Below are positions 40,858 through 44,396 of a stretch of 44,396 bases of DNA, in pieces. Where the stretch lies: the NCBI GenBank assembly GCA_001793825.1, contig MGIQ01000023.1, positions 3,450-47,845 of the forward strand. Reading direction: 5' to 3'. The stretch comes from Candidatus Wolfebacteria bacterium RIFCSPLOWO2_01_FULL_38_11. GTDB lineage: Bacteria; Patescibacteriota; Minisyncoccia; UBA6257; UBA9933. Positions within the stretch are counted from its first letter, which is position 1, and each line of letters begins with the position of its first letter. The notes beneath the pieces were generated by a model, which worked only from the letters and a program-made list of their open reading frames with translations, was not told the origin of the DNA and did not search any database. A program made the position numbers and the translations under genes.

Positions 40858-41103
40858 TTATTTGCCAAAAGGGTTTTTATAAGCGTCTTGAAACGGATTT
40901 GTTTTTGCTTCTTCAAAAGGATTTGTCTTCGCTTCATAGGGGTTTGTCTGCGGCATATTTTCAATCACATTCAGATTTTCTGAAGGAGTTTTCGTTTGAG
41001 GAGTTTGGATAGCGCTTCTATAATATTTTTGCCAGGCAAAAAATCCTAAAACCGCGATTATCAAGATGGAGATTGAGATGACAATTATGAGTTTTTTGTC
41101 CAT
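40858..41103 (-). CDS. Small membrane-anchored protein with NP(F/Y) repeats
   Basis: 81 aa with one N-terminal TM followed by TNPYEAKTNPFEEAKTNPFQDAYKNPFGK. Its stop is 2 nt from the start of the Cys-repeat gene, so the two probably form an operon. Confidence 0.55.
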   Translation of the reverse strand: MDKKLIIVISISILIIAVLGFFAWQKYYRSAIQTPQTKTPSENLNVIENMPQTNPYEAKTNPFEEAKTNPFQDAYKNPFGK

Positions 41104-41247
41104 TAATTTTATTATAACTGAAATAATAAAATTTGGTTGTGGATAACTTTATAGGTAGTTTTATTTAATAGAGATTTTGTGATAAATAAATTAATTATTT
41201 GTCGTAATAATCTTTATTTTGCGACAGTTTTTGGTATAATAAAATTT

Positions 41248-42162
41248 ATGGCTAATATCCAGGAACTGCTTCAAGATTATCTCAATTATTTGGAAATCGA
41301 AAGAAATCGTTCGGTAAAAACAAGGGAAAATTACGGCCGCTATCTCCGCGCCTTTTTAGATTTTTCCAAGGCCAAAACCGAGAAAGATATTACTCTTGAA
41401 TCAGTCCGGGATTTCCGGATTCATTTGGCGCGCCAGAAAACCGCCAAAGGCATTGATTATAAAAAAACCACTCAAAGTTATTATATTATAGCTCTGCGCA
41501 ATTTCTTAAAATATCTTGTCAAGAATGATTATTCTGTTTTATCGCCTGATAAAATTGAACTTCCTAAAACCCCCAGCCGCCAGATTGAAATTTTAGAATA
41601 TAAAGATTTAGAAAGGCTGCTTTTGTCTCCTTCTGGAAGCGATTTGCGCTCTTTAAGAGACAGGGCGATTTTAGAAGTTTTATTTTCCACCGGATTAAGG
41701 CTTTCCGAGCTTTGCGGTCTTGGCCGCTACATTGATATTGACCGCGGCGAATTATCAGTTCGCGGCAAAGGCGACAAAATAAGAGTTGTTTTTCTCTCCG
41801 AAGGCGCCAAGAAATCTTTGAAAAATTATTTGCAGAAAAGAACAGATGCTGAATCGGCGCTTTTCATCAGTCTTACGAAAGCCAAAATTCCAAAAGTTAT
41901 TGGTCGGATTACTCCTCGCGCCGTTCAGCGTTTAATAGATTATTATTCCAAAGCAGCCGGTATTCCCGGCCATGTTCATCCTCATATGTTAAGACATTCT
42001 TACGCCACCGACCTTTTGATCAATGGCGCTGATTTGCGTTCAGTTCAGTCTTTGCTTGGTCATGCCAATGTCTCCACGACTCAAATTTATACTCATCTCA
42101 CCAATAAAGAGCTTCGCGCGGTCCATCAGGCTTTCCACGCCCGAAGAAGATCTCTAAAATAG
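41248..42162 (+). CDS. Tyrosine site-specific recombinase, XerC/XerD type
   Basis: Start refined to MANIQELLQDYLNYLEIERN at 41248. It has an N-terminal SAM-like core-binding domain. The catalytic domain carries R...HMLRHSYAT...LGHANVSTTQIYTH. An extended -10 TGGTATAAT ends 7 nt before the ATG, so the mRNA may be leaderless. Confidence 0.85.
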   Translation: MANIQELLQDYLNYLEIERNRSVKTRENYGRYLRAFLDFSKAKTEKDITLESVRDFRIHLARQKTAKGIDYKKTTQSYYIIALRNFLKYLVKNDYSVLSPDKIELPKTPSRQIEILEYKDLERLLLSPSGSDLRSLRDRAILEVLFSTGLRLSELCGLGRYIDIDRGELSVRGKGDKIRVVFLSEGAKKSLKNYLQKRTDAESALFISLTKAKIPKVIGRITPRAVQRLIDYYSKAAGIPGHVHPHMLRHSYATDLLINGADLRSVQSLLGHANVSTTQIYTHLTNKELRAVHQAFHARRRSLK

Positions 42163-42209
42163 CAAAACCACAAACTTGTATTTTTTATAATAAGTTATAA
42201 AATTTAAAA

Positions 42210-42527
42210 ATGGAGCTTTCGGAGCAAAAGAAAAATTTAACTCCGCCTCCGCCGGCTGTCGAAATTGAAGTTCGCACTATGGCTTCAGACATTAAAGCTA
42301 TCAAATCCGGAGGAGGAGAGCTGAGTAGCCAACCGGTTTCTCGGGTCCCGGCTTCCCCGGAATCTTTTGAGCCGATCTTCCAGTCAAAAATTTCCCCAAA
42401 TAAATCCGAAGAAGCTCAAAATAAAAAATCAGGATTAAATTTAGCGGTTATTATTTTCGGAGTTTTAATTTTAGCCGCGATTGTTGGCTTTGGAGCTTAT
42501 TATCTGGCATCAATATTATTTGAATAA
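42210..42527 (+). CDS. Hypothetical protein with C-terminal TM anchor
   Basis: 105 aa with a proline-rich N-terminus and one C-terminal TM (LAVIIFGVLILAAIVGFGAYYLA). Confidence 0.45.
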   Translation: MELSEQKKNLTPPPPAVEIEVRTMASDIKAIKSGGGELSSQPVSRVPASPESFEPIFQSKISPNKSEEAQNKKSGLNLAVIIFGVLILAAIVGFGAYYLASILFE

Positions 42528-42530
42528 AAA

Positions 42531-42863
42531 ATGTTAAAAAAAGATTTACAACAATTTAAAAAGAAGCTTGAAGAAGAAAAAATAGATATTGAAAAAGAGC
42601 TTAAAGAACACAAAAAAATGCCCCGCTTTGGCACGGAGTCAACTGATCCCGACCAGGAAACAGATGAATCGGAAGAATACGGCAATCAGCTTTCTATTAT
42701 CCAGACTTATAAATCTCGTTTGTCTGATATCAATTCAGCCTTGAAAAAAATAAGCAATAATAAGTACGGCATCTGTGAAAAATGTAAAAGCGAGATTGGA
42801 TTGAATTTGTTAAAAATAAATCCAGAATCAAGATTGTGCAAAGAATGTAAGAAGAAGGCGTAA
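42531..42863 (+). CDS. DksA/TraR-type C4 zinc-finger protein
   Basis: 110 aa with a coiled-coil N-terminus and CEKCKSEI...CKECKKK (CxxC-x17-CxxC). Confidence 0.75.
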   Translation: MLKKDLQQFKKKLEEEKIDIEKELKEHKKMPRFGTESTDPDQETDESEEYGNQLSIIQTYKSRLSDINSALKKISNNKYGICEKCKSEIGLNLLKINPESRLCKECKKKA

Positions 42864-42874
42864 TTAGCTAAGTA

Positions 42875-44396
42875 ATGAAGAATTTCTCCAAAATTTATTC
42901 CGCCGAGCTTGAAGGCATTGATGCCAAATTAATTGAAGTGGAGACCGACATTAATGTCGGTCTCCATTCTTTTAATATTGTCGGCTTGGCTGACAAGGCC
43001 TTAAACGAAGCGCGGGAAAGAGTTTCCTCCGCTCTTAAAAATTCAAGCATTAAGCCGCCCACCAAAGAAAACCGCCGCATTACCATAAATTTGGCTCCGG
43101 CTGATGTCAAAAAAACCGGCTCTCAGTATGACTTAGCCATTGCTGTCGGCTATCTTCTGGCAACTAAGCAAATTAAGGCATTTAATACAGGCGATAAAAT
43201 TTTTATCGGTGAACTTTCTTTGGAAGGAACTCTTAGGCCGGTCAACGGCAGTTTAAATATTGCCCAATTGGCAAATAAACTCGGCTTTAAATTTTTATTT
43301 ATTCCCAAAGCTAACGCAGTTGAAGCAGCGGTAATCGCCGGCATAAAAGTTATTCCTGTTTCAAATTTGGAAGAATTGATTAATCATCTTGAAGAAAGAG
43401 AGCAGATTGGTTTTCAGGAACCGGTTCTGTTTCAATCAACCAATTATTGCGACATAGACATCTCTGAAGTTAAAGGACAGGAAAATGCCAAGCGAGCTTT
43501 GATGGTTGGAGCTGCGGGAGGCCACAATATTTTAATGTCCGGACCGCCCGGCGCCGGCAAAACAATGCTGGCTCAATCCTTAATTTCTATTTTGCCTCCG
43601 CTTGAACTGGAAGAAGGCATTGAAATTACTAAAATTTATAGCGCCGCTGGATTTCTCAAAAATAAAAATTTCATAAACTCCCGGCCTTTCCGCGCGCCTC
43701 ATCATTCCGCTTCTTTGGTTTCTATTGTCGGAGGCGGAGCCAACCCTCGGCCCGGAGAAATTAGTCTTGCTCATCGCGGCGTTTTATTTCTTGATGAAAT
43801 CCCGGAATTTCACAGAGACATTTTGGAATCTCTGCGCCAGCCGCTTGAGAGCGGAAATGTTTGCGTTTCTCGGGCAAAAAATGTTTTGAATTTTCCCGCC
43901 AGATTTTTGCTGGTCGCCGCCATGAATCCCTGCCCTTGCGGGTATTTCAGCGATTCTCAAAAGAATTGCCGCTGCAGCGCCAATGAAGTTTTTAGATATC
44001 AGAAGAAAATTTCCGGCCCTCTTTTGGACAGGATTGATATTCAGATTGAAGTGCCGAGAATAAAAATAGAAGAGCTTAGAAAGCCGCACAAAGATGATTC
44101 CGGAGGAGAAATCAAAAAGAAAATTTTAAAAACTCTGGAAATTCAAAAACAGAGATTTTCAAAAACTAATCCCAAAATTCGCCTTAATTCGGAAATGAGT
44201 TCCAAGCAGGCGGAAAAATTCGCTTTATTTTCTCAAGATGCAGAAAATTTTTTGAAAAATATTTTAGAAAAGTCTTTTGTCTCCGGTCGAGGTTATTTCC
44301 GGATTTTGAAAATCGCCCGTACTATCGCTGATTTGGAAGAAGAGGAAAAAATAAAAAGCCATCATTTAGCAGAGGCTTTTCAATATCGAGTTAGGG
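42875..44396 (+). CDS. YifB/ComM family Mg-chelatase-like AAA+ ATPase (3' end beyond window)
   Basis: Not in the ORF track because it has no stop in the window. From ATG 42875 it reads MKNFSKIYSAELEGIDAKLIEVETD... It has a Lon-protease-like N-domain, Walker A GPPGAGKTM, GVLFLDEIPEF, the Cys cluster NPCPCGY...CRC, and DRIDIQIEV. Confidence 0.9.
   Translation, partial: MKNFSKIYSAELEGIDAKLIEVETDINVGLHSFNIVGLADKALNEARERVSSALKNSSIKPPTKENRRITINLAPADVKKTGSQYDLAIAVGYLLATKQIKAFNTGDKIFIGELSLEGTLRPVNGSLNIAQLANKLGFKFLFIPKANAVEAAVIAGIKVIPVSNLEELINHLEEREQIGFQEPVLFQSTNYCDIDISEVKGQENAKRALMVGAAGGHNILMSGPPGAGKTMLAQSLISILPPLELEEGIEITKIYSAAGFLKNKNFINSRPFRAPHHSASLVSIVGGGANPRPGEISLAHRGVLFLDEIPEFHRDILESLRQPLESGNVCVSRAKNVLNFPARFLLVAAMNPCPCGYFSDSQKNCRCSANEVFRYQKKISGPLLDRIDIQIEVPRIKIEELRKPHKDDSGGEIKKKILKTLEIQKQRFSKTNPKIRLNSEMSSKQAEKFALFSQDAENFLKNILEKSFVSGRGYFRILKIARTIADLEEEEKIKSHHLAEAFQYRVR

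Noticed and set aside
41179-41247. 23-codon N-terminal extension of the Xer-type recombinase
   Set aside because: The extension overlaps an extended -10 promoter (TGGTATAAT). MANIQELLQDYLNYLE at 41248 is the typical start of the XerC/D core-binding domain.
41248-42162. Tyrosine recombinase as the integrase of a mobile island containing the Cys-repeat operon
   Set aside because: The protein has the XerC/D-type architecture and motifs. I found no flanking direct repeats or tRNA attachment site in the window, so housekeeping Xer function is the simpler reading. A phage-type integrase cannot be excluded without phylogeny.

Overview
The window looks like an origin-proximal chromosomal segment of a small, low-GC genome. 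Hand counts give about 35% GC in core genes. The gene content and style suggest Candidate Phyla Radiation / Patescibacteria, but that placement is inference only. The core backbone contains these groups: dnaA-dnaN with DnaA boxes; rpmH-rnpA-yidC-jag; ruvA, ruvB and ruvC, which are dispersed; and a clustered uvrB, uvrA and uvrC set. It also contains tsaE, tgt, glyA, murE, a PBP1A, an M23 peptidase, rpsT, and rpsO followed by pnp. Other core genes are rtcB with archease, a beta-CASP RNase, a stand-alone 5'-3' exonuclease, pilB plus a giant pilin-like protein, a Xer-type recombinase, a DksA/TraR zinc finger and yifB/comM. I saw no rRNA, tRNA, CRISPR array, transposase or reverse transcriptase. 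Four things stand out.

(1) Short GC-rich palindromic elements are inserted in frame into conserved proteins (UvrB, UvrC, and RtcB twice). Related copies bracket a roughly 50% GC orphan ORF wedged between uvrA and uvrC.

(2) AT-rich elements built from 7-8 nt periodic units occur in several places. One family is an ~80-nt TTCGTA-type palindrome that flanks the beta-CASP RNase gene as inverted copies. It also supplies the last codons and stop codon of tsaE and murE. Other unit types sit in frame inside tsaE, archease and glyA.

(3) There are two self-contained candidate small-RNA units in unusually long spacers.

(4) Several compositionally distinct orphan cassettes carry their own TTGACA-type promoter, strong AGGAGG Shine-Dalgarno and perfect hairpin terminator. 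An NYN-domain gene is also translationally coupled inside the rpsO-pnp operon. Functions of all orphan genes are unknown. Every family comparison is from memory and needs database confirmation.
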